Under the pieces are notes generated by a model. The model searched no databases and was not told where the DNA came from. It saw only the letters and a program-made list of their open reading frames with translations. 64,000 nt of DNA, taken from positions 3,689 to 67,688 of the IMG/VR virus record IMGVR_UViG_3300042447_000151. One strand, given 5' to 3'. Position 1 is the first letter of the stretch. Every line of letters begins with the position of its first letter. The position numbers and the translations under genes were made by a program. The stretch is from a virus. Shown here one piece after another: positions 1-10,142 of the stretch.

Positions 1-821
1 TGTGTGTAATTATCTGCAACGGTCTGTAATCTTTCTGATTCAACAGGAGTAAGTTTCCTTAACCTAGACTCATTGACAATATAATCAGTAGATAAATTTC
101 CTTTTACGGTAGCTGTAGCTGTTATCGTTGAAGACCTATCCTCTCCTGTCTTAGTTTTAATTTGAGTGCCTCTTTTGTTTGCATGCTTTTCTAACCAAGC
201 AATCATCTTATCACTCAAGAAATACTTAGGGTCAGGATTCTTTTCTAGTATATCTTTTAAGTATATACCCTTGTCACCTAAAATAGAGATGCCTTTTATA
301 TTAGTCCAGTATAACCTCTTTCTATTCTGAGCAGAAACTAAATTGGAATTAATCATAATGGGTTCGCATCCAATAGCATCAGATAAAATATGTTGCCACT
401 TTTTAGACATCAATACATTTTCTAATAAAAAGTATTTTGGCTTAACCTCATTCAATAATCGCATGTACTCCCAAAACAAATAAGACTGGCCATCAAACTC
501 AAAGCCTTCCTCTTTTAATTGCAGGTAGTGATCTAATGTTAGTATCTCTTGGCTGTCCTTTGTTGACATTCCTTTTCTATGACCTGCAAAAGAAAATGAT
601 TGGCAAGGAGAACCTCCAATTAATAAATCAATCTTTGGTAAAGAATACCCATTTACATCTACAACAGAACCTAGTTGCTTGGTGTTTGGATAGTTCGCCA
701 TAGTTACTTGTATGGCATACTTGTCAATTTCAGAGGCGTAGTAGTTGTCTACTGCAATGCCTGCTCGTTCGAGGGCTTGCTGTCCACAGGACATCCCGTC
801 GAATAAACTTAATACATTCAT
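1..821 (-). CDS. C5 cytosine DNA methyltransferase (3' end runs off the window)
   Basis: Hand-translated from ATG at 821: MNVLSLFDGMSCG (motif I), LIGGSPCQSFS (catalytic PC), FLLENV, SAQNRKRLYW, RKLTPVESERLQ. Confidence 0.92.
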   Translation of the reverse strand, partial: MNVLSLFDGMSCGQQALERAGIAVDNYYASEIDKYAIQVTMANYPNTKQLGSVVDVNGYSLPKIDLLIGGSPCQSFSFAGHRKGMSTKDSQEILTLDHYLQLKEEGFEFDGQSYLFWEYMRLLNEVKPKYFLLENVLMSKKWQHILSDAIGCEPIMINSNLVSAQNRKRLYWTNIKGISILGDKGIYLKDILEKNPDPKYFLSDKMIAWLEKHANKRGTQIKTKTGEDRSSTITATATVKGNLSTDYIVNESRLRKLTPVESERLQTVADNYT

Positions 822-844
822 CGTTTTATTTAATTTAGTTAAAG

Positions 845-1837
845 TTAAAACATGTCACTCCAGTCCTCGCCTTCGTTGGCTTTACTGTATGCTGTTGGTC
901 TAGTTGCAAAGAAATCAGAATGCTCAACTCCTGCTGTTAATTGGTAGAACCAATCTAACTGCTCGGCAGCACCTGGGTCGTAAGCAAAGATGGCATCGTA
1001 GCCTAGCTCTACTAACTTGTCATTGATGCGTTTGTGCATAAAGTGTTTAAGGTCGTAAGCCTTTAAATTCTCTAAGTCTCCCCTCTCGAATATCTTGTCG
1101 ATGAATTTCATCTCCATATCAAGCGTTAACTTAGCGGCCTCAATGATCGCATCCTTGGCATCAGTCTTCAGGTCAGGGAACTCCTCACACATGTGACGGA
1201 ACAATTGACATCCCATCTTAGAATGCAAAGCCTCATCCCTTACAGACCACTTCATCTGTTGGCCAACACCTTTTAGCTTATTGTTCAATTGGAACGAGTA
1301 GAGCACAGCAAATGAGCTGTACAGGGCTACTCCTTCAGTGAACGCTGAGAAGATTGCTAGTGATCTAGCCACATCTCTACGGGCCGGTGCACTGGTGCAC
1401 AGAATCTTATAATTGTAATGGTGAGGTACAGATGTTAATGCCTCCACACGGCTAGCAATAGCAGGCTCGTGCATGAACCCCTCATAGTCATCAAGACCAA
1501 GGGTGTCATTAAGGTACGAGTAAGCCGTTGCGTGAACAGTCTCCTGAGCCCCGAACATCATAGCCATCTGAATGATTTCATACTTAGGAAACCAATCAGT
1601 CACCATGCCTGTCCAATAGTCTGACACAGCACATTCTGTCTGAGCAAAGCCAAGTAGGATATTACCTACCACGTGTTTCTCGTTCTCTGTTAGATTCTCA
1701 TTCCAATCCTTTACATCGGATGACATGGGAATCTCTGTGTGTAACCAAAATGCCTGAGCTTGTTTAAGCCATCCTTCTGTATAGTACTCAGGGTATTCAA
1801 AAGGTTTGTATGCAATTCTTTTTTCAAATAAGCTCAT
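845..1837 (-). CDS. nrdB: Class I ribonucleotide reductase beta subunit
   Basis: QAFWLHTEI, ETVHATAYS, EGVALYSSF, SVRDEALH di-iron motifs; C-terminal DFFATRPTAYSK. Confidence 0.95.
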   Translation of the reverse strand: MSLFEKRIAYKPFEYPEYYTEGWLKQAQAFWLHTEIPMSSDVKDWNENLTENEKHVVGNILLGFAQTECAVSDYWTGMVTDWFPKYEIIQMAMMFGAQETVHATAYSYLNDTLGLDDYEGFMHEPAIASRVEALTSVPHHYNYKILCTSAPARRDVARSLAIFSAFTEGVALYSSFAVLYSFQLNNKLKGVGQQMKWSVRDEALHSKMGCQLFRHMCEEFPDLKTDAKDAIIEAAKLTLDMEMKFIDKIFERGDLENLKAYDLKHFMHKRINDKLVELGYDAIFAYDPGAAEQLDWFYQLTAGVEHSDFFATRPTAYSKANEGEDWSDMF

Positions 1838-2216
1838 AAGATGCGATAAATCGTTTTATTGTTTTGTCTTTAATAATTTGATTGCCAGCTAGTACCTCGT
1901 CTAAAAATTCATCGATGTCTATCTGCTCTAGTAACTCAACAGCTACCATGTCTTCAGGAGGTTTGTTATCAAATGTTATTTCTCCTTTAGAAGCTAAGAA
2001 CCTAAAATACTTGGGCTCTTCTCCTACCACGTTAAAGACGATACTTCTATCATCATTTTCGTTTATTTCGTTTGAGAAGTATACCAATGCATCAGTTACC
2101 TGATCAAAAGCATCTGCCTTCATCGAGTTTATCCACCCGAAAAGACTCCTCGGTACTGCTACCATCTGTCTGTCCTCGAAATACTTCGACTCTAAATCCA
2201 TGTTTTCTAAGCTCAT
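1824..2216 (-). CDS. Hypothetical protein
   Basis: 130-aa acidic ORF whose end overlaps the nrdB start. Confidence 0.65.
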   Translation of the reverse strand: MSLENMDLESKYFEDRQMVAVPRSLFGWINSMKADAFDQVTDALVYFSNEINENDDRSIVFNVVGEEPKYFRFLASKGEITFDNKPPEDMVAVELLEQIDIDEFLDEVLAGNQIIKDKTIKRFIASYELI

Positions 2217-2409
2217 CTAGTCTAAATTTTTGTAAGTCTGATACTTTTCCTGTTGGTGTCTTCACCTCACTAAACAAAACTCCTTTCGTCGGGTGCAAAG
2301 CTAGTAAGTCAGGTATGCCGTTCTTGTTAGTCTTAATTAACTTAAGAACGTAGTACCCTTCTTTCTCTAGTTGCTTAATTCGTTTGGATTGGATTTGTTG
2401 TTCTGACAT
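2104..2409 (-). CDS. VRR-NUC family nuclease / Holliday junction resolvase-like
   Basis: EQQIQ...GIPDLL...FSEVKTPTGKVSDLQKFR PD-(D/E)XK pattern, next to the helicase. Confidence 0.85.
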   Translation of the reverse strand: MSEQQIQSKRIKQLEKEGYYVLKLIKTNKNGIPDLLALHPTKGVLFSEVKTPTGKVSDLQKFRLDELRKHGFRVEVFRGQTDGSSTEESFRVDKLDEGRCF

Positions 2410-2413
2410 GGGG

Positions 2414-3649
2414 CTACGAATTTAAGAAATCTTTCTTGAAAAAATTTAGAGTGTAATCCTTTTTTTGTTGAACCACTTCATAAATCTTTTCCTCGATTCC
2501 TCCAATTGTAAATACCCAATACACCTTGTTAAACTTTCTGTCGATGGTGGTCATCCTGTCCTTGCTCTGCCAATATGATGTTGCACTAAAGTCTATGTTA
2601 TAGTACACCAAAAAGTCAGCATTGCGGAGGCTGATCCCTTCACGGCCTGATACAATCTGAAGAGCAATGTTCTTGCGAGTAGTATTGAACTCATCAAGAT
2701 TATCTGTTAAGTCCTCTCCAAAAACAAACTTCAATGCATCCCATTCAGCTTTGAACTTATAAAAGATTCCTATCTTTTTGTTTCTAAACTGTTCCTTAAT
2801 ATACTCAGCCTTGGTATAGTCAAACACTAACCGCTTGCCTGATTCAAGGATGATGGTACCGGAATACATCTGATGAAGTTTGTTCATCATCTTAGCACCA
2901 GTGTCAGCAAGAATCACATCGTCATCACCTTGAACAACCGAGTCTTTCTTTAGCTTGTTAGCTAACTTGTATGTCATTGGCTTCATTGCAATTCTAAGTA
3001 CGGCCTCCTCTACTGATGTAGTAAAGCCTGCCTTCTCTTGGGTGAACGATATCATTAGATGCTTGATGGCATCCATAATCTTATCCTTCATTGCACCTGA
3101 GTAGTCATTAACTTTCATTGCACCTATGTATTTTATTTTAACTTTAACATAGTCATTAGCCCACCTATAAAAGTTGACATACGATCTGAATGGGTTGTTA
3201 GGATGCACATAAAGTTGGTGGTATATCTGAGAGTAACTCTCAGGTGTCGGTGTACCCGATAGAAATATAACCTTTGCGTTAGACTTCTTTACCAAATCTT
3301 TAACCTGCTTCGCTCTTTTGCTAGGCTTAGGGAATGCACCCATCGTGTGTGCTTCATCACAAATTATGAGGTTCCAATTTGTCCCCTCAAGTTTATGAAT
3401 CGATTCATAGTTTACACACGTAAGGTTAAAGTTACAACCTAAATCTTTATGGTCTTTCTTGATACCCGGCACCACCTTTAGCTTAGTGATAAACAATACT
3501 TCTTTAGCACCCAACGCATCGCAGATAGCTAAGGATGTCATGGTCTTACCAGTTCTTACCTCCATGGATAGATATAGTAGACCGTGCTCTTTAATAATGC
3601 CAAGCCCGTCGCTTACTATCTTCTTTTGGTAATCCCTCAGTTGTATCAT
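2414..3649 (-). CDS. SF2 (SNF2/DEAD-like) helicase
   Basis: LRDYQ, motif I MEVRTGKT, motif II ICDEAH, LSGTP, GREGISL, YWQSKDR. Confidence 0.9.
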   Translation of the reverse strand: MIQLRDYQKKIVSDGLGIIKEHGLLYLSMEVRTGKTMTSLAICDALGAKEVLFITKLKVVPGIKKDHKDLGCNFNLTCVNYESIHKLEGTNWNLIICDEAHTMGAFPKPSKRAKQVKDLVKKSNAKVIFLSGTPTPESYSQIYHQLYVHPNNPFRSYVNFYRWANDYVKVKIKYIGAMKVNDYSGAMKDKIMDAIKHLMISFTQEKAGFTTSVEEAVLRIAMKPMTYKLANKLKKDSVVQGDDDVILADTGAKMMNKLHQMYSGTIILESGKRLVFDYTKAEYIKEQFRNKKIGIFYKFKAEWDALKFVFGEDLTDNLDEFNTTRKNIALQIVSGREGISLRNADFLVYYNIDFSATSYWQSKDRMTTIDRKFNKVYWVFTIGGIEEKIYEVVQQKKDYTLNFFKKDFLNS

Positions 3650-3791
3650 TGGTATAAGTTAGATTATAATAGAATTCTTTTTCCATCTCTTTAGCTTCTT
3701 TGTAAGCCTGATAAATGTCATTGCCAATAAAGTATTGACATCTTTCTAATTCACTGAATAGAAAGTCTACTGGTGTTTGTTTATCCTTCAT
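3591..3791 (-). CDS. Hypothetical protein
   Basis: KQTPVDFL...AKEMEKE pattern typical of small Bacteroidota phage proteins. Confidence 0.6.
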   Translation of the reverse strand: MKDKQTPVDFLFSELERCQYFIGNDIYQAYKEAKEMEKEFYYNLTYTNDTTEGLPKEDSKRRAWHY

Positions 3792-4413
3792 TGTCTTTAA
3801 ATTCAGTTACATAGCTATAGTCAGTCTCATAGTTTGTCTTGTTCTCAATAGAGTAAACCGACATGTCAATCTGATAGCCCGGATTCTTATCAATGCGATT
3901 GTAAGTCCAAGCATTGTCCATCCAAATGATTCTGTTGTTAGGATAGATAAAGTAGTTACCATTGTCCATCTTAAACACGTGACCACACTTGTGCTCAGGT
4001 GTCTCAGAGAAGTTGGTGTCTAGCATGCCCTTATTCTCAAATGCCCAGTCTAGCGTAAACAAGTAAATACCTTGTCTTTTGACTCCTGTTATTGAGATCA
4101 GGTCAGCTCTTAGCCCTGACATACGTGCTCTTACCTGCACATCTACGTATGAGCTAAAGCAATCCCAATACATGTATTCAGTAAGTGGTAGCTCCTCAGC
4201 ATCTTTTCTCCAACAGAATGCGTGGATAGGTCTACGTGTCCAATTCACACCATTCTCCAAGAACGCCTCAAACAAAGGGATTCTTTTCTCAATGGATGCG
4301 ACTGAGTGAACGTCACATAGCGTGTGCTCTCCATGCCCCTTGGTATGGTTAAATAAAAACTCGTTACGTATGAAACAAGTTAGTGTTGGAATGTTATGAT
4401 TCAAGTATGGCAT
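3781..4413 (-). CDS. Conserved hypothetical phage protein
   Basis: Likely start MPYLNHNIP at 4413; WDCFS, YLFTLDW, EHKCGH, YPNNRI motifs. Confidence 0.7.
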   Translation of the reverse strand: MPYLNHNIPTLTCFIRNEFLFNHTKGHGEHTLCDVHSVASIEKRIPLFEAFLENGVNWTRRPIHAFCWRKDAEELPLTEYMYWDCFSSYVDVQVRARMSGLRADLISITGVKRQGIYLFTLDWAFENKGMLDTNFSETPEHKCGHVFKMDNGNYFIYPNNRIIWMDNAWTYNRIDKNPGYQIDMSVYSIENKTNYETDYSYVTEFKDNEG

Positions 4414-4588
4414 CTTCTTCTGTTTTATTATTATATTTTTCGTTGTTCCAAAAATACTCACATGTACCATCTTCCTTTACAGGTGGTGTCATGAAATAAG
4501 ATTGGTAGTCACTCGCTTTTGCTGTGTACCTGTAGCACATCTGCTTCTTTTGGCACTCATCTCCGGTGCACATTGCTATATCTGGCAT
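4394..4588 (-). CDS. Small Cys-containing hypothetical protein
   Basis: MPDIAMCTGDEC..K..CYRYTA..YQSYF..C.YFW. Confidence 0.7.
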   Translation of the reverse strand: MPDIAMCTGDECQKKQMCYRYTAKASDYQSYFMTPPVKEDGTCEYFWNNEKYNNKTEEDAILES

Positions 4589-4590
4589 AG

Positions 4591-5445
4591 TTATAGTCCG
4601 CAGAAACCTGAGTCGCATTCGTTAAAGTCCGACTCAAATAATTCCACTTGTTTAAATGATTCTTTGATTTTATTATAAGATGTACCCTTGATAAATCTAG
4701 CCGAGTCGGTCTCCTGATTAGCGAACCAATCAAACTTAGTGGGCTGAATTTCCGACATTAACTTAAGTAAAGCAGGATTACGATGGAAACATCCAACACA
4801 GTTGTTCATGTAAGCGAACCTGACTGGCTTATCTTTCCAATACTCGTGAACCTGCTCTCTTAAAATGTTCTCTTCTATCAAAGGGAATCTTGGTGTGCGG
4901 TATGGGATAGAGTGCCACTTATGTCTGCCACGCTCGTTAGTTGACTTGATAACCCTAAAGTTCTCAATGCCATCTACGCAACGCTTCAACATATTGTTGG
5001 CACGTCTAGTCTCATTAGCCCTGAACCCAATTCTCATTTCAACAGGTAAATCCGTGTTGGCTCTACACCATTCAAAGATTGGGTTAACTTTCATATGCAC
5101 CGTGCAGAATCTTTGCATTACATTAGGCAAGTATTTATAATACTCCCCATTGTCTTTGCGATTCTTGTTAACGATTGAGTCAAAAGTTGGGCCGGTTATC
5201 CAAGTAATCTTTCTGCCTAGATACTGCTCTAAATCTAGCATCGTGTAGATAATTGCATCCTCTTCTAGCGTACCAATAAAATCAGTCTGAAGTCTGTCCT
5301 CTACAATCTTTCTGATTGCATCGTCCTTAAACTTACACGACTCATCTGTGGTTCTAACCAAAGAGAATAAATCTACGTCAGCTGGGAAATGAGCCGCCAT
5401 ATACGATGATGTTTTGCCTCCACTTAAAGAGTTGACTGTTGTCAT
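4591..5445 (-). CDS. PAPS-reductase-like (PP-loop) protein with Cys clusters
   Basis: SLSGGKTS PP-loop, RFCTVHMKV.PI, RIGFRANE.RR, FPLIE, NNCVGCFH, C-terminal ECDSGFCGL. Confidence 0.8.
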   Translation of the reverse strand: MTTVNSLSGGKTSSYMAAHFPADVDLFSLVRTTDESCKFKDDAIRKIVEDRLQTDFIGTLEEDAIIYTMLDLEQYLGRKITWITGPTFDSIVNKNRKDNGEYYKYLPNVMQRFCTVHMKVNPIFEWCRANTDLPVEMRIGFRANETRRANNMLKRCVDGIENFRVIKSTNERGRHKWHSIPYRTPRFPLIEENILREQVHEYWKDKPVRFAYMNNCVGCFHRNPALLKLMSEIQPTKFDWFANQETDSARFIKGTSYNKIKESFKQVELFESDFNECDSGFCGL

Positions 5446-7820
5446 AATAATTCTAATTGTTTATCTTCTTTTAATGGGAACACCATCCACTTACCTGCAC
5501 CATCACGACCCTCTACAGGGTTGCTACCAGTTAAATGCAAGCAGTAGGTACGTAGCCACGAATTAAATCGTTGCTTAGATAGCATACGGAACATTCCGTT
5601 GTTATCCGCTATAAACTTATCAAACACATCATCAGGTCTGAATCGCTGATTCATCAGTATGAATGATGGCCCAAACTCATGAGCCCACTCAGCAAACTCA
5701 GCGTTAGTCTCTGCCCTGAACTTACGTTCTTTAAGGTTTACAAAGTTACACTTAACCAAGCCAGTATTTAGATAGCCCTGCAATACTTTGATCATGTAGT
5801 TGTCGAACGCACACCAATCATCTTGGCTCCAATCATTGAACAACAACCGACCAAACTCATCCTGAGGTGTGAAGTCTTTAGAATAGAATTGCTTAAACTC
5901 CATCTCCCACTTACGCCTCTCAAATGAGTTACCCTTACCTTGGATAGCGTAGTTAGTCGTTATGACCACCTTGGGTGACTTATGGAATGGGATCTTAATC
6001 GCATCCTTGTTCTTACGCTCGACCGTTATACCCTCAGTGACTACCGAGAATAAACGTTCAAAGTCAAAGTTCTTCTTCACATCATCGAACACCAACACCT
6101 GCGTGTCTGTGCTCACTAACTGATAGGCAAAAGACTTATCGAACGAGAATGACTTACCATCAATGGTGACTGCCTTCTTCATGCGACTGATGCCGTTCAT
6201 GAATAGACCCTTACCAGTACCACCCTCAGGGTTCTCTGATATCACCTCATCATTAATGATTACTGCAGGGCAGTAGCCACCATTCTTAAATGCATGCAGG
6301 ATGAACCCAATGGTCGACTCGATAGATGCCACACGTTGGTCATCATTGCCACCGATGTTGCGAATGAATGTCTTGTAGTCACACTCATCTGCGGGGCAGA
6401 ACACAAAGTCACGTTGGATGACTTGGTCAGACCAAACGTAACCACCTAAGTCCTCGTAGTTAAGCAGGACAGTTTGGTTCTTAGTCACCTTGACTACACC
6501 ATTCTTGAAGTATAGATACGCCTCATCTTTTGTGTCCTCCACAAAGTAGATGTTGACCGAGTCAAGCATAGACAAGAAGTCCTCTCTAAAGAATCGGGTC
6601 TTGTCCGCAAAGTAATTGTACACGCTTAGATCCTGAAAGTTATCAAGGATATGGTTTAATACAAAGTCCTTGATGTCATCCTCTGTGCACATCTCAATCA
6701 AGTTCTGATTGATTCGTACAAAGATGAAGCCCTTGTTACCCTCAGGCACATACTTGCGATACCCATTGTTTTCTAAGAATGTCTTGAGCTCGTAGTGAAT
6801 TAATGTCACCACACCCTTATCACTCTTAGTCCAGAATGTATTCTTGCTTTGCTCCTCCTCGATTCTAGTTAGTACTGAATCAATCGTTCCGTCCTCCACT
6901 CCGGAGGCTTTCAGTTGAGAACGGATGTCCTTTTTTGGCACACCACGGCTAAGTTGATTCTTTGCAAAGTCAACACGTGAAGTGTCCTCAAAATACTTGG
7001 TGGCATACTTGTCAGTATGGCGATAGGCTGAGTCAATGATAGATTGAATCTCCTTGGTTGTAAAGTCCTCAGATGCAAATGCCATCATGCGATACATCGC
7101 CTCAGACTTAGACACACCATACTCATTAAAAGCCATAGCCAACACGAACAGATTGTTGTTGCGTGCACCTGACACAAAGCCAAACTTATTATCCCACCAC
7201 TTAGCTAGTCTATTGATGATTTCGTTCTCATCATCGATAGGAATGGTTGGTCTCATGTCCTTGGTCACGTGCTCAATCTCTGCATCATCAATCTTGTTCC
7301 ACTCAATAGAGTTGATGTTAACAAAGATGGTCGGATCGTATGATTCGTAGCACACACGTGACACATTCTTGGATGTCTTATCAAACTGCTCGCAGTTATA
7401 GTAAGCCTCCAATGCATTGAAGAATGACTTGTGCTTGTTAGCATCCTTTGGTATCTTAACCAATACCTTCAGGCCATTGCCTGATGGGGATATAAAAACT
7501 GAAAACGTATAAGGGTCATTAGCCAATTCATCTTTCTTGGCTAGTATCTCATCATTGGATGGGAAGTTATCGAAGTCTAAACAGATAAGACCACTATGCT
7601 CCATGAGAGCCGAGTCTTCACGTTTAGAGAACGTACCTGAGAAACATATCGCAGGCAACTCTTGCTTGAGCTTGTTACGTAGCTCCTTATCTTTCTCCAA
7701 TCTAATCTTGCGGACAATGTCTTTGGACTTACCCTCTTTTACTCTAGAGAGTATAGCCAAGACATCCCGATAGAATGGGACAGATGTCTCTTTTATGTTA
7801 GAAAAAATAGTTACTTGCAC
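5442..7820 (-). CDS. Primase-helicase (BT4734/VirE N-terminal domain, PriCT, P-loop helicase)
   Basis: KQELPAICFSGTF, SGLICLDFD, FISPSGNGLKVLV, GARNNNLF, Walker A GGTGKGLF, Walker B LVFDDV, VITTNY; GTG start. Confidence 0.88.
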   Translation of the reverse strand: MQVTIFSNIKETSVPFYRDVLAILSRVKEGKSKDIVRKIRLEKDKELRNKLKQELPAICFSGTFSKREDSALMEHSGLICLDFDNFPSNDEILAKKDELANDPYTFSVFISPSGNGLKVLVKIPKDANKHKSFFNALEAYYNCEQFDKTSKNVSRVCYESYDPTIFVNINSIEWNKIDDAEIEHVTKDMRPTIPIDDENEIINRLAKWWDNKFGFVSGARNNNLFVLAMAFNEYGVSKSEAMYRMMAFASEDFTTKEIQSIIDSAYRHTDKYATKYFEDTSRVDFAKNQLSRGVPKKDIRSQLKASGVEDGTIDSVLTRIEEEQSKNTFWTKSDKGVVTLIHYELKTFLENNGYRKYVPEGNKGFIFVRINQNLIEMCTEDDIKDFVLNHILDNFQDLSVYNYFADKTRFFREDFLSMLDSVNIYFVEDTKDEAYLYFKNGVVKVTKNQTVLLNYEDLGGYVWSDQVIQRDFVFCPADECDYKTFIRNIGGNDDQRVASIESTIGFILHAFKNGGYCPAVIINDEVISENPEGGTGKGLFMNGISRMKKAVTIDGKSFSFDKSFAYQLVSTDTQVLVFDDVKKNFDFERLFSVVTEGITVERKNKDAIKIPFHKSPKVVITTNYAIQGKGNSFERRKWEMEFKQFYSKDFTPQDEFGRLLFNDWSQDDWCAFDNYMIKVLQGYLNTGLVKCNFVNLKERKFRAETNAEFAEWAHEFGPSFILMNQRFRPDDVFDKFIADNNGMFRMLSKQRFNSWLRTYCLHLTGSNPVEGRDGAGKWMVFPLKEDKQLELL

Positions 7821-7844
7821 GTCGTTTTAATTAAAGTGAGCACT

Positions 7845-8030
7845 TTGTACACTGTTTTGTGTACAAAATTTTTAATTTGTACACTAGTTAACTAATTGAT
7901 TATTAGTATATTATATTCTTTTATGTACAAAGTGAACAAAATATATAAGAAAAAGAGAAAAAATAATTTACCTGTAAAAGAAAAAATATATTTCATCTAA
8001 GTCAGACATATTTTGTTCATTTGTACACAA
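7845..8030. repeat. Origin-like element copy 1 (TTGTACACW iterons, IHF-like site, AT-rich core)
   Basis: TTGTACACT 7845 and 7877, inverted TGTGTACAA 7858, TTGTACACA 8021; WATCAANNNNTTR match on minus strand 7889-7901. Confidence 0.65.
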
Positions 8031-8032
8031 GA

Positions 8033-8332
8033 CTAGAACGGAAGGTCAGTCTCTTCTACCGTTGGAGTTGGTGCAGGAGCTGGTGCTTTCTTAGCAGTTG
8101 AACCACCTTCAGATGACCAAGCAATCTTACCATTACCTAGGTAGTTCTTCTTCTCCTTGGCCTCACGCTCTTCCTTAGATTGAGACTCATAGATACCTGC
8201 TTGGTTTCCGTACTGGTCTACCTCATCATTGATAGATATAGTAATGTTAAGGTACGTGCCCTTGTCTCCTTTGATTAACTTATCCTTAGAGATTTTTGAT
8301 ACATCAATAGATGCTGAAATTAATTGTGCCAT
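8033..8332 (-). CDS. Single-stranded DNA-binding protein
   Basis: Small OB-type protein (IDVSKISKDKL...YLGNGK) with acidic tail ending EETDLPF; next to exonuclease and annealase. Confidence 0.75.
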   Translation of the reverse strand: MAQLISASIDVSKISKDKLIKGDKGTYLNITISINDEVDQYGNQAGIYESQSKEEREAKEKKNYLGNGKIAWSSEGGSTAKKAPAPAPTPTVEETDLPF

Positions 8333-8344
8333 AATTGTTTTTGT

Positions 8345-9073
8345 TTATAAAGTTTCTAATTTAAAATACTGAGTAATATCATCGGTCGCATTTGGCCCGA
8401 AGAACTTTTGGTACACCTCGATGGCCTTGTAGACCTTCTCTCTGCCCCGATCTAAGAATTCATCTGAGCACTCAAACAAGCCCGTACGGCAACTATCTTT
8501 CTCTACTGCGATAAATACCATAGGCTTGCCAAATAACTGGTTGTAGATGTAAGCCTGCGAGTCGTAGTTATACTTGCGTGCAGAGAACTTAAAGTCATCT
8601 AAGTTAGCCGTGGTCTTGAGGTCAATAAGAATCTCATCACCGACAATATCCGACTTACCTTTCCATTGGATTCCACCAATCTCTCCGATGGCCGGAACCT
8701 CATAAGAGTTTGATGAGTCACGGATCATGTCGTAGAACGTGAGGTTGCCCATCAATGCCTTGGCCATACGCTCGCAGTCATCAACTTCTTTCTGAAGCAA
8801 TAGCATGTCTGTGCCTGATGAGGCCAATGCCTCCTTGTAGATGTTAGTCGTACGTGTTGAGCAGTCCACGGCCACAAAGTTTTTTAACTTCTCAGGCTCA
8901 AGGATGAACGTATGAAAGTAAGACCCTGCAAGCATAGCAGGAGTCTTCTCTTTCGGCACACCATACTGCGATGGGTTATATAATAACGCTCCGATGTCGG
9001 AGTTGGATAAGTAGTTCTTACCAATTCCAGAATAATATTCTGAATCGTTTTTCAATGTTTCTAAAATTTCCAT
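8345..9073 (-). CDS. PD-(D/E)XK exonuclease (RecE/ExoVIII-like, DUF3799-like)
   Basis: LSNSDI, GSYFHTFILEP, KGKSDI...IDLKTT, YNYDSQAYIY. Confidence 0.85.
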   Translation of the reverse strand: MEILETLKNDSEYYSGIGKNYLSNSDIGALLYNPSQYGVPKEKTPAMLAGSYFHTFILEPEKLKNFVAVDCSTRTTNIYKEALASSGTDMLLLQKEVDDCERMAKALMGNLTFYDMIRDSSNSYEVPAIGEIGGIQWKGKSDIVGDEILIDLKTTANLDDFKFSARKYNYDSQAYIYNQLFGKPMVFIAVEKDSCRTGLFECSDEFLDRGREKVYKAIEVYQKFFGPNATDDITQYFKLETL

Positions 9074-9666
9074 TACTCCTTAAGTTTATTAATTGCGTTT
9101 TTTACTTCATTAGATAAATCGTACTTCTTGGATAAGTTCTTGAACACATCCTCAGACTTGAGCCCTATGTTATCAACCACATAGTTGACCACCTTCTCCC
9201 AATTAGCATCGCCTATTGCAAGAGCAATCTTACCCGCAGGTTTAGCCACCACCTTAGCAGGTGTGCCATCAGTTGCCTCAGGGAAATCCTCCTTAGCATA
9301 GATGTTAAGAGCCAAGCCATGTAGAGCCAATGCCTTTACCGTGGAACGCTGAATAGTTTTGTTTACATCGAATGATGTAAGACTAGCTAGTGGGATAGAC
9401 TTGTTCATGTGGTTCATCACTGGCAAGTAGTCAATGTACTCCAATCCATTGATTGTAACCCCTACCTTGACCCAAGCCGTAGCCCCATCTGAAAAGTAGT
9501 TCATCCCAGTCTCAGACTCGTACACCGTACGTGTCATGTCAGGGAATAATTTCTTGCATTCTGCCCAAGCAGTAGCCCAAGAAAGGTAAGATAATTGACC
9601 TCTCTTTTCTACTTTAGATGAGAGGTTGAGAGCAGATAACTGCTCAAACACTGATTTGTTAGACAT
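9073..9666 (-). CDS. Sak-like single-strand annealing protein (DUF1071)
   Basis: VEKRGQLSYLSWATAW, YLPVMNHMNKSI, DVNKTIQRSTVKALALHGLALNIYAKED. Confidence 0.88.
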   Translation of the reverse strand: MSNKSVFEQLSALNLSSKVEKRGQLSYLSWATAWAECKKLFPDMTRTVYESETGMNYFSDGATAWVKVGVTINGLEYIDYLPVMNHMNKSIPLASLTSFDVNKTIQRSTVKALALHGLALNIYAKEDFPEATDGTPAKVVAKPAGKIALAIGDANWEKVVNYVVDNIGLKSEDVFKNLSKKYDLSNEVKNAINKLKE

Positions 9667-9690
9667 ATTATATTAAGTTAAAGTGAGCCA

Positions 9691-9698
9691 CAAATTTA
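9691..9698 (-). promoter_or_regulatory. Bacteroidota primary-sigma -7 element (TAAATTTG) upstream of sak
   Basis: Exact TAnnTTTG match about 25 nt upstream of the sak start. Confidence 0.6.
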
Positions 9699-10004
9699 AT
9701 TTTTTTCTTGGAATAAGCAATAGCCAAGCAATAAATAATTATACAAATCGGCAAATCTTGATGACAAAGGTTCCGCCGCTTTTAGATCAGGATTCTTGAT
9801 GTGTGCCTGAATAGAGCTCAATTGCTTATCAAAAAAGATAGACCACACTTGTAATGGAGTGACACCAGCTCGCTTGGCAGACTCCTTAAAATTGTTGAGA
9901 ATGTCTACATTCTCTAACGTGTACTCAGGTTGCTTTGCCTCTCTGATGGACATCGCATGGTTGTAGAGCGTATCGTACGCTTCGTTGAATTGTTCTTGTG
10001 TCAT
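9696..10004 (-). CDS. Nucleotide-modification-associated domain 1 (MazG-like/DUF1599-like) protein
   Basis: K..EY....DILNNF...VW.IFFDK...EPLSSRFADLYNYLLL helical pattern. Confidence 0.6.
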   Translation of the reverse strand: MTQEQFNEAYDTLYNHAMSIREAKQPEYTLENVDILNNFKESAKRAGVTPLQVWSIFFDKQLSSIQAHIKNPDLKAAEPLSSRFADLYNYLLLGYCLFQEKN

Positions 10005-10010
10005 TTGATT

Positions 10011-10142
10011 TTAATTTAAAAAGTCATCACCCTTATAGTCAGGATGGTTTTTGTTCATGTTATCTATGCCATTTACCCACAGGTAAACAAGTGGTGCAAG
10101 CACCAGTGCATGGATTATAAATAATGCTACGTATGTTATCAT
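10011..10142 (-). CDS. Small membrane protein
   Basis: Hand-translated 43 aa: MITYVALFIIHALVLAPLVYLWVNGIDNMNKNHPDYKGDDFLN. Confidence 0.6.
   Translation of the reverse strand: MITYVALFIIHALVLAPLVYLWVNGIDNMNKNHPDYKGDDFLN

Noticed and set aside
845-1837. RNR beta without an alpha subunit as an orphan system
   Set aside because: The operon continues beyond the window edge, so nrdA may lie outside; absence cannot be claimed
2104-2216. 113-bp same-strand overlap suggesting a programmed frameshift between VRR-NUC and the next ORF
   Set aside because: Explained by a short C-terminal extension of VRR-NUC; no slippery site or fusion logic evident
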